A DNA stretch of 63,299 bases, the filler included, from Reticulomyxa filosa (Eukaryota; Protista; Foraminifera), in the NCBI GenBank assembly GCA_000512085.1. It is 23 parts of 23 records of this genome, joined end to end, with 100 filler letters (N's around TTAATTAATTAA, not from the genome) between each part and the next. Parts side by side here need not be neighbours in the genome. Positions count along the whole stretch, not along the records: positions 1 to 2,719 come from ASPP01000180.1; positions 2,820 to 5,051 come from ASPP01003590.1; positions 5,152 to 7,629 come from ASPP01026279.1; positions 7,730 to 8,784 come from ASPP01016669.1; positions 8,885 to 9,924 come from ASPP01024480.1; positions 10,025 to 11,954 come from ASPP01003663.1; positions 12,055 to 15,054 come from ASPP01045899.1; 16 more parts are not named here. The stretch is one strand, 5' to 3'. Of this stretch, positions 1 to 12,059 are shown piece after piece. Numbering within the stretch: the first letter of the stretch is position 1; each line of letters opens with the position of its first letter. The position numbers and the translations under genes were made by a program. The notes beneath the pieces were generated by a model. That model saw only the letters and a program-made list of their open reading frames with translations, had not been told where the DNA came from and ran no database searches.

Positions 1-32
1 ATATGTTTTAGATGTTCAATTTTCTTTGCAAC

Positions 33-350
33 CTACTGTATTTGAATCTTTCGTACAAGGTTAACATCTTGTGCTTCCATCGAGGAATCAATTGTCATGC
101 CTTCTCCACTTGACTCCCCAACCAGTTGAATAGTTATGTGCTCGACTGTTGGGTCAGTAATTCGGTAGTACATATTCTGACAACTAAGATAACCAGAGCA
201 TGTTAATTTGCACGTTTTACTGTTTCTGCACGCTACTACTTCGTTACGACACTCGTAGGGTGCCTTGCATTCGATTTCAGCAACTTCAAACGCTTTTATG
301 AATGCATTAAAGAGTGAAATCGCACAGATTAGGTTACAGAACCATTTCAT
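33..350 (-). CDS. Secreted cysteine-rich protein, first exon (continues past window start)
   Basis: MKWFCNLICAISLFNAFIKAFE is signal-peptide-like, followed by Cys-rich IECKAPYEC...ACRNSKTCKLTCSGYLSC. Head-to-head with the cyanophycinase gene. Confidence 0.5.
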   Translation of the reverse strand: MKWFCNLICAISLFNAFIKAFEVAEIECKAPYECRNEVVACRNSKTCKLTCSGYLSCQNMYYRITDPTVEHITIQLVGESSGEGMTIDSSMEAQDVNLVRKIQIQ

Positions 351-603
351 TTTTTTAAAATAAGTAAAACAGAGAGCAAACAAAACCGTCGTTCCTATGT
401 ATAAGAAAAAATTGATACAATTACCACTCCCCTAAAACAGTATTGTGCTTATATAGTTTCATCCGTTGAACATAATTTTTGCTGATCAATGTTTATTCGT
501 AAACAGAAGTGTTTTTCAAAGCAGTTGTGTCGGTCTGTTTTTTTTGCTTTAGTGGGATACTCCACCAGTTCATTTTTTTTTCCTGTCTCTGTTTGGTGGC
601 TCG

Positions 604-1937
604 ATGTATTTTAGTGGATTTTTTGTCGTCTTTTCTTGGTCAATTACAACAATCTTGTGCGACACGATTCCTGATTATGTGTACTACTGCACAGGCAACT
701 GTAATAAACCAGTAACCACTCAAACGCATCCGGGGCTGATATTAATGGGTGGCGGCACGGACGTGGATGCAGCGTTCATTCAACAAATAGAATGGAGTGG
801 ATGTGGAGATTTCTTGGTGCTCCGAAGTGACAACGACGACAAATACGATAGATACGTGTACAACTTGGACTGCGCGAATAGTGCAGCTACCATTTGGGTA
901 CGAAATCGCGACGGAGCGAATAACCCCAATGTCACTGACTATATCAATGGTGCAGAGGCAATTTTTTTTGCAGGTTCGAATAATTTAAAAAAATTTACAA
1001 AAAAAAAAAAAAAAAGACCAGTAAAAAAAATGTTTGGCATGTTAAAAAAAAAAAGGTGGTGATCAAGCAACATACCTACAAGATTGGGAAGGAACAGCAT
1101 TGCAAACAGCAGTACAGGCGGCAGTGAAGCGTGGTGTTCCAATCGGAGGAACGTCAGCAGGTTGTGATATCCAATCATACTTTATCTACAGCGCGACAAA
1201 TGGATCAGTGAACAGTCCAGAGGCATTGGCCGACCCTTACAATAAGCTGATGACATTTGCAGGGTACTTTTTAATTCAAGGTGATGATAACATTTTAAAT
1301 AATACTATCATTGATACCCATTTTGTGACACGTGACCGCTTTGGACGATTGATAACCTTTGTCGCTCGCATTCGCACGGATGCAGGTTTGGATAGATGTA
1401 TACATATATATATATATTTTTTTTAGAGATAATGAACAAGGAGGAAGGAAATTATTAAAAACATCTGGCACATATCAGCTGTGTGCATATATGTATCAAT
1501 TAGACTTAGGAAAAGGTCTACCAATAAAAGGAATCGGGATCAATGAACAAACTGCATTTGCAATTGATTTAGAAACAGGCTTGGCACAAGTGTTGGGGCC
1601 TGTCGACACAAGTGAGGCCTATTTGCTCATGCCGAGTCACGATCCTGAAGTTTGTGAGCCACTTACACCTTTGACGTATAAAAATGTTAATGTTCAGAAA
1701 GTCAAACCCGGGTATGTGCAGAGAGTTGCTTGTTCTTATGTGTGCATACGTATATGCTTTTTTTTCATAAATCGGTACTCTTCTTTGCAACTAATATACA
1801 AATTGACCTTATTGTCGTTGCCTTTGTTTTGTAATAGTGACGTATTCAATTTCAGGACATGGACCGGAGGTGAATCGAGCAGAAACTATGATGTCAGTTA
1901 TATTAATGGTGTTCCTCAAGAAGATCCTTATAATTAA
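604..1937 (+). CDS. Cyanophycinase / peptidase S51 family serine hydrolase with signal peptide, 4 exons
   Basis: Motifs GLILMGGG, AEAIFFAG|GDQ, PIGGTSAG (nucleophile Ser), IDTHF (His) and GIGINE (Glu). GT-AG introns at about 974-1055, 1387-1502 and 1712-1838 restore one frame ending in TAA at 1937. Confidence 0.88.
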
Positions 1938-2719
1938 AATGAGACTTAGCTCTCTTTAAAAAAAATTGTAAATAAATTTTCATGTTTAATTATCACGTCA
2001 ATTAATAAAATTTATTCCCAACGCTTTCATATGAATGCATCAGCATTTTATAAGAAGTGAGCCAAATTTAAATGTATTAATGTGTTTCATTCACTTAAAC
2101 AAAATTCAGCAGAGAAAATTGTAAATTGCAATTTGATGGAAAAAAATTTTTAAATTTTTATAAAAACTAGTTATCAATCAACAATTCTAAACAGCAAATG
2201 CAATCGAAAGTAACACTAAGATAAATTAGAGCTGAAGAAGTAAATATTGTTTTTGGTTTAACACAAGATAACAAGTAGTTAAAAAAAAAATTTTAGTCGA
2301 TGATCTTGTTCAATAACGTTTGTAAAAAACTTGCACCAGTTCTTAAATAAAGATTGCATAATTGATGTAGTTTGTTAAAAAAATACACTTTTAAAATTTT
2401 TTTTAGGTGTTGATTTATTTAGTTGCTTTTTTAAAATTTTGTTGACATTTTGAAATTGATTTGTTGAATCGACTAATAAGAAAAAGCTAAACTTGAAAGA
2501 TATTATGAACAAAGAATTTTACAACTAAAAAAAAGATTATAAAACCGATTTCATATAACTACAAGACTTAATATACAGTAGTTTGCAAAAAAAACTGTCA
2601 ACCAAAAAAAATAGCTTTTTTAGTTTTGACTTGTATATCTTTATTGAAAAGAGCTAAAGTAAAGACTATCTTTCCTCTATGTACTATCTTATCTATTGCA
2701 TTTATTTGAAAAGTTCTGC

Positions 2720-2819
2720 NNNNNNNNNNNNNNNNNNNNNNNNNNNNNNNNNNNNNNNNNNNNTTAATTAATTAANNNNNNNNNNNNNNNNNNNNNNNNN
2801 NNNNNNNNNNNNNNNNNNN
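2720..2819. other. Artificial contig linker N44-TTAATTAATTAA-N44 (first of 22)
   Basis: Identical 100-nt spacers start at about 2720, 5052, 7630, 8785, 9925, 11955, 15055, 16383, 17843, 19231, 26894, 28004, 29104, 32015, 33119, 34490, 35614, 37484, 44098, 51701, 53975 and 55421. TTAATTAATTAA gives stops in all six frames. Confidence 0.97.
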
Positions 2820-5202
2820 GAAAACTTCGATTTTTCTATAATAAGTTCAAAAAATTTTATGTTGTTCAATTTTAAAAAAAATTATAAAATTGATTTATTT
2901 TATTTTGATTTGTATTTATTCACTGTTTTTGATGTTTATTATTATTTTTTTCGACAGTGTTTTCAAAGGGATTTAGAAAAAACTATCTGATTGAATAACT
3001 TAATATCATTTGGAAAAAACGAAATTTTGTAGTTTTTTCATTAATTTAGCAATAAATAGAAAATAAGAAACGAAATGATTTGTGTTTTTGAGCAGTCCAA
3101 ACATGCATTGAGCCACACATTGAACTTTTAAAAAACGCATGGACGTTTGGATGAAAAAACTGACCAAAAAACGCGTGATTTTTTAGACAATTGCAACCTT
3201 GAAAATCACTCAGCAAAGACTGTGTTTTCCCTTTCTCAAGAGTATACTGCGTTCCGTCTTTTTTTCTGTCTTACGCACACCCTTTGGCTTTCTACTTTAT
3301 GATTTTCTTCAAAAAAAAACCCCAGTTTAAAAGTGTTTTGCTTTCTAAAAAAATGTAGTGATTGAACGCAAGTTGAAAAAGAGGGGAGATATGCCATTTT
3401 AGTAACAAAAAAAGTCATGCATCATGTTTTGAATGGTAAGAAAAATTTGTCAGTGTAACGAATATAAATACAAGCAGAAACGTTTGTGTTTTAATTCGTT
3501 ATTTTCTTTTGTATTTTCAAAACAAGTTAGTTACGTATTCACAAATATGTTTTTAACCTCCAAAAGATGGAGCCACTTCATACTTTTATGAAAACCTTGT
3601 GAATATACTTACTTTCAATTTTTTCAAAATTTCTCTTCCAATTTCTTGTGTCATTTGAAATCAATCAAAAGAACAGCACAACTCCAACAAATATTGTTGA
3701 AAGTACCGATATTGAAAATAATAGCAACGACGTTTATTACAAAAGACACCGTCGTCAAACAAACTTACTTTGTGTGGATTTTATGAGATAAAGTCTTATG
3801 TGCAGCGATCTCAAGGCCGAGTTGCAAAAGTGTATATAAGTAAACTGCATTATCTGAATGTTTGAATGAGGACAGCAAAGATTAAGTACTTGCTGTACTT
3901 TGCAAATGAATAACTCGATATTCACTCTAAGAAAGCAATTACAGAGAGTAATATGTCATTTGCATTATATCAAAAAAAATGCTATTATCCCTATTATAGC
4001 TTGAGTTTGTAGCATTTTATTTTTCGAGGACAGCAACAAACATGTTGAAAAGTGGTTATACGTTCCAAATAGTGTGTCGAGTTTTGAAGGCATTCATTAC
4101 CACCATTTCTTCCATCTCTCCTAAAATAACAATAAGAAATCAGATTATCAAGAAAAAAACATCTGCATCTATTATTTACTGCTAAATCATGTTCTTGAAT
4201 TGTAATAAGACAAATTGTTGCCTTTTCTGCTGTCTCCTTTGATAAAAAGATATTCGCAAACCATCTTTGATACGGTGTTTCACAACTCCAAACTTAACGC
4301 CTTTTCAAAATTTTGTGATAATAATTACGTTTATGCACGATTTTCATTTTGCTGTGTTTTAGTCCAAAATATCTCATTTGTGAAAAGATATTAAAATAAA
4401 ATGATAGATGTTATTCGAAAGTGCCAAAAGAAATTGACTTATTTCTATGTTTTGAATAATTTGTAGTTTAATCTTAAAAAAATCAAATTTCAGTATAAAA
4501 TTGGACAATACAAAATACTTGCTTGAAGTGTTTCTTTAGGAGTCTATTGTAGTTTGAGTATGATATATTCGTAATTGCAATTTTATGAAATAACGAAATT
4601 GTATTTTTACAAAGATTTCTTTCGTCATAATAAAAAAAATGAAAAGTGTCAGTGTGAACGTTTTTTTCCTTTTTTTTTTGAAACCGTTGCAACTTTGGCA
4701 GCGTCCAGGTACCAGTGAAGCGAGAAAAATGGCGATATTTGCGTCAATTTCGTTCGAGCAAAGGTAAACAAACAGTTTTTCTTTTTTTTTAGAACACTTC
4801 AACGTTTGGAGTTAAGATAATTTACCACAAAAAAAAAAGAAGTCGAAGCGCGTTTGTGGTGGAGTTTTGGAGTGATGGAAATTATTGTTGTGCAGATCGT
4901 GTGGAGATTATTCGTGGATTTTGGTATCAAAGATAGCATATGATATGTGGTATATTTGGAATGATGGTATTTGGAATGGTGGTATTGGAATATTTGGTCC
5001 TGAAATAAAGAGAGCCCATTCAGCCGTCGGCACATTAATACGCGCACACACNNNNNNNNNNNNNNNNNNNNNNNNNNNNNNNNNNNNNNNNNNNNTTAAT
5101 TAATTAANNNNNNNNNNNNNNNNNNNNNNNNNNNNNNNNNNNNNNNNNNNNTTTTTTTTGACTGTTTCAATGTAAACCAAAAATTTGTGTGTAAAAAAAA
5201 AA

Positions 5203-5813
5203 GACAGTGTCACAAGTATCTTTTGGAAGTGAGCCCTTTGCGAAATCAGTACTACGTATCCGATGGCCTCAAGGATGTACTGCAAGTCAAATTTAAAAGA
5301 AGATTACCCCAACAGATACAATTGAAAGGAATTTAAGACTTAAAACAATCTTTAGCTTGCGTTATTGGCCTACATGTATTTTCAAAACAGCGTGGAAGTC
5401 AGAAAGCATCAAGCACCGTATCAAATGATAATGAACATGCAACTATTCCCAATTTCAATCATAATGCTAATTCTAAGTCTAATTTGAATCATAGTCCTGT
5501 TGATAATGCTGACACAAACCTTAAGAAGAAGTCGGAAGATCGTCTTCTCAATGAAGGCACAAAAACTACTGCTGAACCACCTTTGGAAACGCAAGACAAA
5601 GAAAAAGATGAGAAAGAACAGCAGGACGAAAATGACTATTATAAGAACCACACGCAAACCGCTCCTTCTTCAGAGTGGGAAGAATCAATACAAACAGAGG
5701 CTCTCGATCACTTCATTGACTTAATCGTTAAGTGTTTAGCCTGGGATCCTTCGCAGAGATTGACGTCAAAGGATTTAATATAGCATCCCTTTTTCAGAAA
5801 AACTCGTTTATGA
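5203..5813 (+). pseudogene. CMGC (DYRK-like) protein kinase C-terminal exon with two in-frame stops
   Basis: FIDLIVKCLAWDPSQRLTSKDLI*HPFF is kinase subdomain XI. In-frame TAA at 5334 and TAG at 5781, terminal TGA at 5811. Confidence 0.65.
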
Positions 5814-8053
5814 TCTAAGGAATTTATTTCTTGTGTTGTGTGTGCGTATAATGTTTTTTCCGTTTGTCTTTTTTTTGTGCACATTTTTATTTTACTGTTG
5901 ATATCACTCTAATCTGTCTTTGAATTTTTTATTATTTCCATTTTTTTTTCATCTTTGTGAAACTAACAAATAACGATAGTTATTTTAAGTCGAAGCGGAC
6001 AAATCGTAATGAAAACACGGTGCAAGTTGCTGTTTTATTTTTTTTATAGCAGTTGTCAACTACGAAAGATTTGTGCCTGTATTGTCATGTTTGAATCATT
6101 TCAACTAAAAAAAACCAATCCATATTGAAATATCTTTCTTAAAAAAAAATGTAATCACTGTTGATATTGTATGATAGACTGCTTGACTTTTTTTTGTACA
6201 CGGGTTATACACCTGTTGTTGGATGTTGAAGGATGTTGTTGATGTCTGCGCCTGTATAAGCAATGATGTACCTTAATGATGATAAAAATAGTTAGACTTA
6301 AATTGTAACTTTTTATAATTATGTTGGAGACAGGTTGGAGGTTTGTTGTTGCGAGCTGGATGGTGGCCTGTATACGCGTGTTTTAGAAGCAATAATAAAA
6401 TTGTTATAATAGTATATAAATGAAACAAATAACCTTTTTTTTTTTGAAACGGGTCCTTATGACTAATTTGTGTATCTCTATTCTAGAATCCACATCACAT
6501 ACTATATTCTAATGTTCGCAACAATTTAAAAGGACTAGCCTATTTCATTGAAGAAGTTTGTAGTAATGAATAATGAATGAATTGTTCAAGTTTGAATTTT
6601 TTTTAAAAAATAGCACTTAACATATTGAAACAAATTTGTCAAAATCGCTGATCTACCCTGATTTTACATTTTCATTTCGAAGTCAATTTTCAATTATTTT
6701 CTTTACCGTTTTTTCTGATTTTTTTTTTGTCAAATCGTTTTAGTAGGTCTTGCTTCGGTTCAAGAGAAGAAAACTTACAAAAGATGATGTAGTCTTTTTT
6801 TTGTAGTAGTGGTACTCATTCTTTCATTAACTTTTCACAATTTAACTTTTGAGTCCCCTTAAACTGTACTTTTTTGGACAGACTACGCTAACAAATTATT
6901 CTTTAAAAGAAATATATTTTTTATATAAAATAAAACCAAAAATTATGCATTTCAACCTACAAACAAATCAGCAATCCGCATAAAGTACCTTAAAAAAAAA
7001 TTTTTTTGGATTGAAGAAAAACTATTAATTATTGCTTAAAGAATTAGTTTTGTTGATTTTTTTTAATTCATCGAATTTTAATTCAAACTTATTGAATATA
7101 AAAAAACCTTTTAAAAAAGTTTATTACAAACAAAAATAATAAGATCAACACGATCTAAATACTAAGAATATTTTTTAAAATGTTACTTTGTAAATATTTA
7201 TACTAATTCACTTTATTCACGTGATTAACAATCTGCAATTTATCATTTTTACATATTTAAAAGTTTAATTGAACAAGCAATCTTTTTGGACAATCAAAGA
7301 TAAATAACAAATTATTATAACCTTTATTATGTTGTTGGCTACACGTTTCATCCATGGTCACCTAATTTAGCATCTTCGGATAAGAACAAATGAATTTTAT
7401 GGTGTTTGAGAATATGATACTTCCACAATTATAATTTCATTTCTATGTATGGAACATCGCATATCATGAAGTGAGACCACAAAAAAGCAATATTTGAAAA
7501 AAGTTTGTCGCATTCTGGCTTGCCATTCGTTCTTCATTTATGTCAGCTATTTCCATCTTGATAAATGTGGCAAGTGATTCGATTTGTTTTATTTGTTCAA
7601 ATAAGAATAATGCATTTAAAAATTCTTTTNNNNNNNNNNNNNNNNNNNNNNNNNNNNNNNNNNNNNNNNNNNNTTAATTAATTAANNNNNNNNNNNNNNN
7701 NNNNNNNNNNNNNNNNNNNNNNNNNNNNNTTGCGACATATTTATGTTATTCTCAGTTTGTACATCCAATAAAAAAGAAATTTTTGTCTATTGTTGTTAAC
7801 ACATCATTATTTGAATTGAAAAAACTTAGTTCCGATTTTTTGTATTTTGGGAAATTGAAAACTTGCTTTCAGTGCATTTAGTCTAGTGAACAAAATAGTT
7901 TCAAAAGTGTGTTTGTTTCTTATTAAAAACGTATTGCGTTGTCAATTGACCCAAGACGCATTATATCATTGCTTCAGACAAACTAGCAAAAGAGGAATTT
8001 CTGAAGCGTGAAGGGTATATTATTCTAAATAATAAAAACATTTGATTATTAGG

Positions 8054-8784
8054 ATGGAAGAAAGCGAAAATCCAGGAGAAACAATTTCACCATTAGATAC
8101 ATGGATGAATGAAAATGATTTTGATGTGTCTCTGAAAAAGAAGCTATTAGAATCGGGGATGACGTTGGCGATGTTTTCACACGCCCAGTCAACAGATCTT
8201 CGGTAAGCAAGAAAGAAGGTAAGGGGAGGGATGCAAAGACGTGTGTTGTGTGAGAGAGAGAAAAAAAGAAACAGCAAACAAAAACAACAACAAAAAATGG
8301 AAAGAAAACTGTCGAATGAATTGCAATTGTCAACCCCGCAAATGTTGAAGTTGCTGACAGCAGTGTCAAAACTGAATACACAGAATGGCTCGGATATTAA
8401 AAAAGTGGACACATATAGTCAAATTTCGACAAGTTTAAAGCACAATAAAAAAAAAACAAAAACAAAAAGGTTAAAAAAGAGATGATATCAATTAACCTAA
8501 AACCAAAAAAAAAAAAAAAAGGAAACTGGAAAAAAGTGCAAAGCAGAGTATCGATCAAATCAACAAATGTATGGACGACTTAATAAAAAAGATAAACACA
8601 CGACGAGAAGAGCTGATCGAAGAGTGCAAGCAGACCAAACAGGAGACATTGGACAAATGTGTCGACATCGATGTTCATGAGATCGATTGTTGCGAACTGG
8701 TCGAAGATATCATTACTTTCGAAGATGACGCAGCGATTGCTTTGAGCAAAGTTTTTTTTTTTTTTAAATTTTAAAAAAGGTTAA
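8054..8784 (+). CDS. Hypothetical protein with SAM-like N-terminus and coiled coil (3' truncated, multi-exon)
   Basis: LDTWMNENDF...LLESGMTLAMF...DL|...LQLSTPQMLKLLTAVSKL resembles a SAM helical bundle. IDQINKCMDDLIKKINTRREELIEEC is coiled-coil-like. Confidence 0.4.
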
Positions 8785-8884
8785 NNNNNNNNNNNNNNNN
8801 NNNNNNNNNNNNNNNNNNNNNNNNNNNNTTAATTAATTAANNNNNNNNNNNNNNNNNNNNNNNNNNNNNNNNNNNNNNNNNNNN

Positions 8885-9924
8885 CAAAGACCAAATTGCA
8901 CATAACATTGAACACGAGAAAAAAGATAGATCCAACACCTCCCAACAATGGCCGACAGTTGGAACAGGACTTGAATATCATCGAACGCGAAAACGTAAAG
9001 ATCTTTCGCCAGGAAAACGTATACGACACTCAGTTTGACCAGTTCATGTTAAAACATTTGACCAAATTGGTCTCCGATTTCAAAAAGGAAAAGCACGAAC
9101 ATTTGGCTCTTTTGCCGACAGTACTGCTGAGTCACGTGCTAAATGTCGTCCCGTGCTCGCCGAACACTACAAAAAAAAAGACAGGTGGTTCGCCATGCTA
9201 ACTGATCTGTACGCAGCTGATATTGCCTTGGTCCAAGAGCTCATCGCAAATAAAGATTTGGTGCCATTGATACTCAATCTCACTATCAAATGTCCACATC
9301 AAAACATACGCTGTTAAAGACTTTGGTTTAATTCTATTTCTTAACACAATACATATCCCTTGATTTGCAATACAAATATTGTTATTAATATTATTATATA
9401 TGCATATACATATACATATATATTTAAAAAATAAAATAAAATAAAATAGAAAACAATACAACAAATGAAACGAGTATGCAGACATTATGCACGAAATTAT
9501 GCGAAGTCGTCGCTACATGTCACCGCATGATATGCCATTTATCCACACAAAAGAAGGAAAGCTGCTGCCTCTGGCACACGAAGTGTTTGTACTGCTAAAC
9601 TCTTTCATCAGCAAATCTGTCTATTTGACTCACTTCCATCAAAATAATCTTCTTGGCGAACTTGTCCATTTGTGCTGCAAAGGTAAAACAAATAAACCTT
9701 CCAAAAAAGTGTCCGATCAATCATTATAAAAAAAAGAAAAAGTTCAGGTGCCATTTTCATAACTCATTCGGAAAAGAAGGTTCATCATGACGTCAAACCT
9801 TCCTCATTTTCTTCCTCTTCCTTCTACTCATCTTCTTCTACGTCCTTTGGATCGATGTCGTCCTCGGCACAATCTCGTCAACGACATGCGCACGGAAGCA
9901 AAGACCAGTATCGACATCGCAAAA
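8885..9924 (+). CDS. Internal fragment of a large helical protein, weakly USP9X/USP24-like
   Basis: Exon-like segments separated by GT-AG introns. LNLTIKCPHQNIR recalls the USP9X LLECPSAEVR region. Apparent frameshift at the A-run near 9171-9179. Confidence 0.25.
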
Positions 9925-10104
9925 NNNNNNNNNNNNNNNNNNNNNNNNNNNNNNNNNNNNNNNNNNNNTTAATTAATTAANNNNNNNNNNNNNNNNNNNN
10001 NNNNNNNNNNNNNNNNNNNNNNNNTTTTTTTTTTTTTTTTTACTTTGTTAAAACTGATTGGTGTATTATTGCTACACTTTTACAACAAAAAAAAAAAAAA
10101 AAAG

Positions 10105-11522
10105 GAAAAGTTGGATCGTGTGAGAAGGGCAGCCGGAATGGTGATCGAGTACTTATTTTGCACGGATGATGAATTTGTATCCTCATTGCGGGTTCCTCAT
10201 GATGCCGAAATTCGAAGAATTTTTGGCGAGTTAATCCCAACGAAACAAATCTCTATCTCTTCATGCGTTCAAAACTTGGCCATTATTTGATTGCAAAATA
10301 CATTGGATGACATATTTTTTTTTTTTTTTGCATGTGTGCTTATTTGTTAAAATAAACAGTTGCAAAAAATTGGATTGGTCGTCAGGAAGTGATGTGTTTC
10401 CCTACTTAGTGCAAGTACTTGACTTGGAGGCGTATCGACGGGCAGTATTTGAGGGCCTATTGCAAAGCATGGGTGCACTTTCCAACTCAACGGTATCAAT
10501 TACATTTATTAATCTTGTCCACACTATTCACAAACGACTTTTATGTTTATGATGTGCGTGGTGTGTGTGTGCCAAATCTCTCAACACTTGATAATATCGT
10601 CAGATTCAAATGACTTTGAGTGCAGTCACTCCATATTTACACAAGCTCCAAGAAGCTGCAGACGAAAAAAAACACGAAGAAGCAGTTTGCGTGTGTTTTT
10701 TCTACTATTTTCTGATATATGTATACATATGGGTTGTGTGGAATGATTGCCAGGTGATTCAAATCGAAGCATTAGGCAATGACATAATCTATTGTTGCAA
10801 GAAACGATTCCACAACTCGTTGTTCATGGTGCCATTCTTAAAGGCAATTGGCACTTTGTTAACCACTGGAGATTATTTTTCAGTTTTGAAACAATCCAAG
10901 TATGCACATGTGTTTTTTATCTTTGTGTTTGATTCTGTGTACTGTCAGTATGTGTGTGAAAATTGTCTGCTCTAACAGATACAAATTTCCCAAGGAGTTG
11001 GCAAAGCAACTCAAATCGGAGTGCTATAATTCTGATGACATTGCGAAACTTATGGCGTCTGTTCAAGTGTATGTATTCAAGACTCGTCTTTGATTGAAAA
11101 AAATACAAATAGACCAAAATATATACATATGTATACACAAACATAAAAATGAAGATGGCTTGGTTTATCAACATTCCCACAAACCCGTGAAATGGCTTTA
11201 CAACGAATCCTCATTTATTTAGGCTATAAATATCCAGCACTTCGAAAGGAAACAGCTACACGCTTGTATGGAGCCTTGCAAACGTGGCCCGAAATTGGTG
11301 GAGACAATGCTGACACTATCGCAGAATTTTTTACAAGAGAGAACTTGGTAAAATATACCTATTTTTTCTATATTATACATATATTTCATAATTTAAACGA
11401 ATAAATATGATAGGGGAGGAAGCGAATTGGAGAAAATTAGAAAAGAAAGAAACGAATTATTTAAACTGTTTAAAATTGAAACTCCAATTTTAAACACGCC
11501 TGCCACCGCTGACAAGAAATGA
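10105..11522 (+). CDS. TBCD: Tubulin-folding cofactor D, C-terminal exons
   Basis: EKLDRVRRAAG, LDWSSGSDVFPYLVQVLDLEAYRRAVFEGLLQSMGALSNST and ALQRILIYLGYKYPALRKETATRLYGAL match the TBCD C-terminal region. Stop TGA at 11520-11522. Confidence 0.85.
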
Positions 11523-12059
11523 TGAAAATGAAAGGATTAACAGAATTTAAAAATTTTTTTGTTGTTTCTCAAATTTAATTTATAAATTTGCTTCAATACA
11601 AAGATATCTTGAACAATTCAAGAAATTACAATTTTCTTTTCAAATACTGAAAACAAAACATCTCCTTTCTTTAGCTTCAGCAATCTTTATCTGTAACAAT
11701 ATTAAAGAAAATTTTCTGATCTAACTGCTTTTTAGAAAAATAAAGAGTTAATGTACTTTTTAGCAAACCGTACAATTAAATAAGTTACAATCACAAAACC
11801 AGGCACTCTACCAGCAAGTCTTCAACAAAACAGTCCTCTTCTCAACAAGGACATTTATTTTTAAGTTTGAAAAACTACAAACAACAGAAATGGCAACTAC
11901 AGTAGGTTGCAAAAAAAACTGAACACCTAAAATGCCACCTTATGAAGATGATAGNNNNNNNNNNNNNNNNNNNNNNNNNNNNNNNNNNNNNNNNNNNNTT
12001 AATTAATTAANNNNNNNNNNNNNNNNNNNNNNNNNNNNNNNNNNNNNNNNNNNNTGAAG

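Noticed and set aside
2820-5051. Short ORFs in the second contig
   Set aside because: No motif or consistent exon chain could be identified.
5334-5783. Genome-wide UAR=Gln genetic code
   Set aside because: Several conserved genes here end at TAA exactly where homologs end (cyanophycinase, tubulin-like, Mic60, WD40), and their long exons contain no in-frame TAA/TAG.
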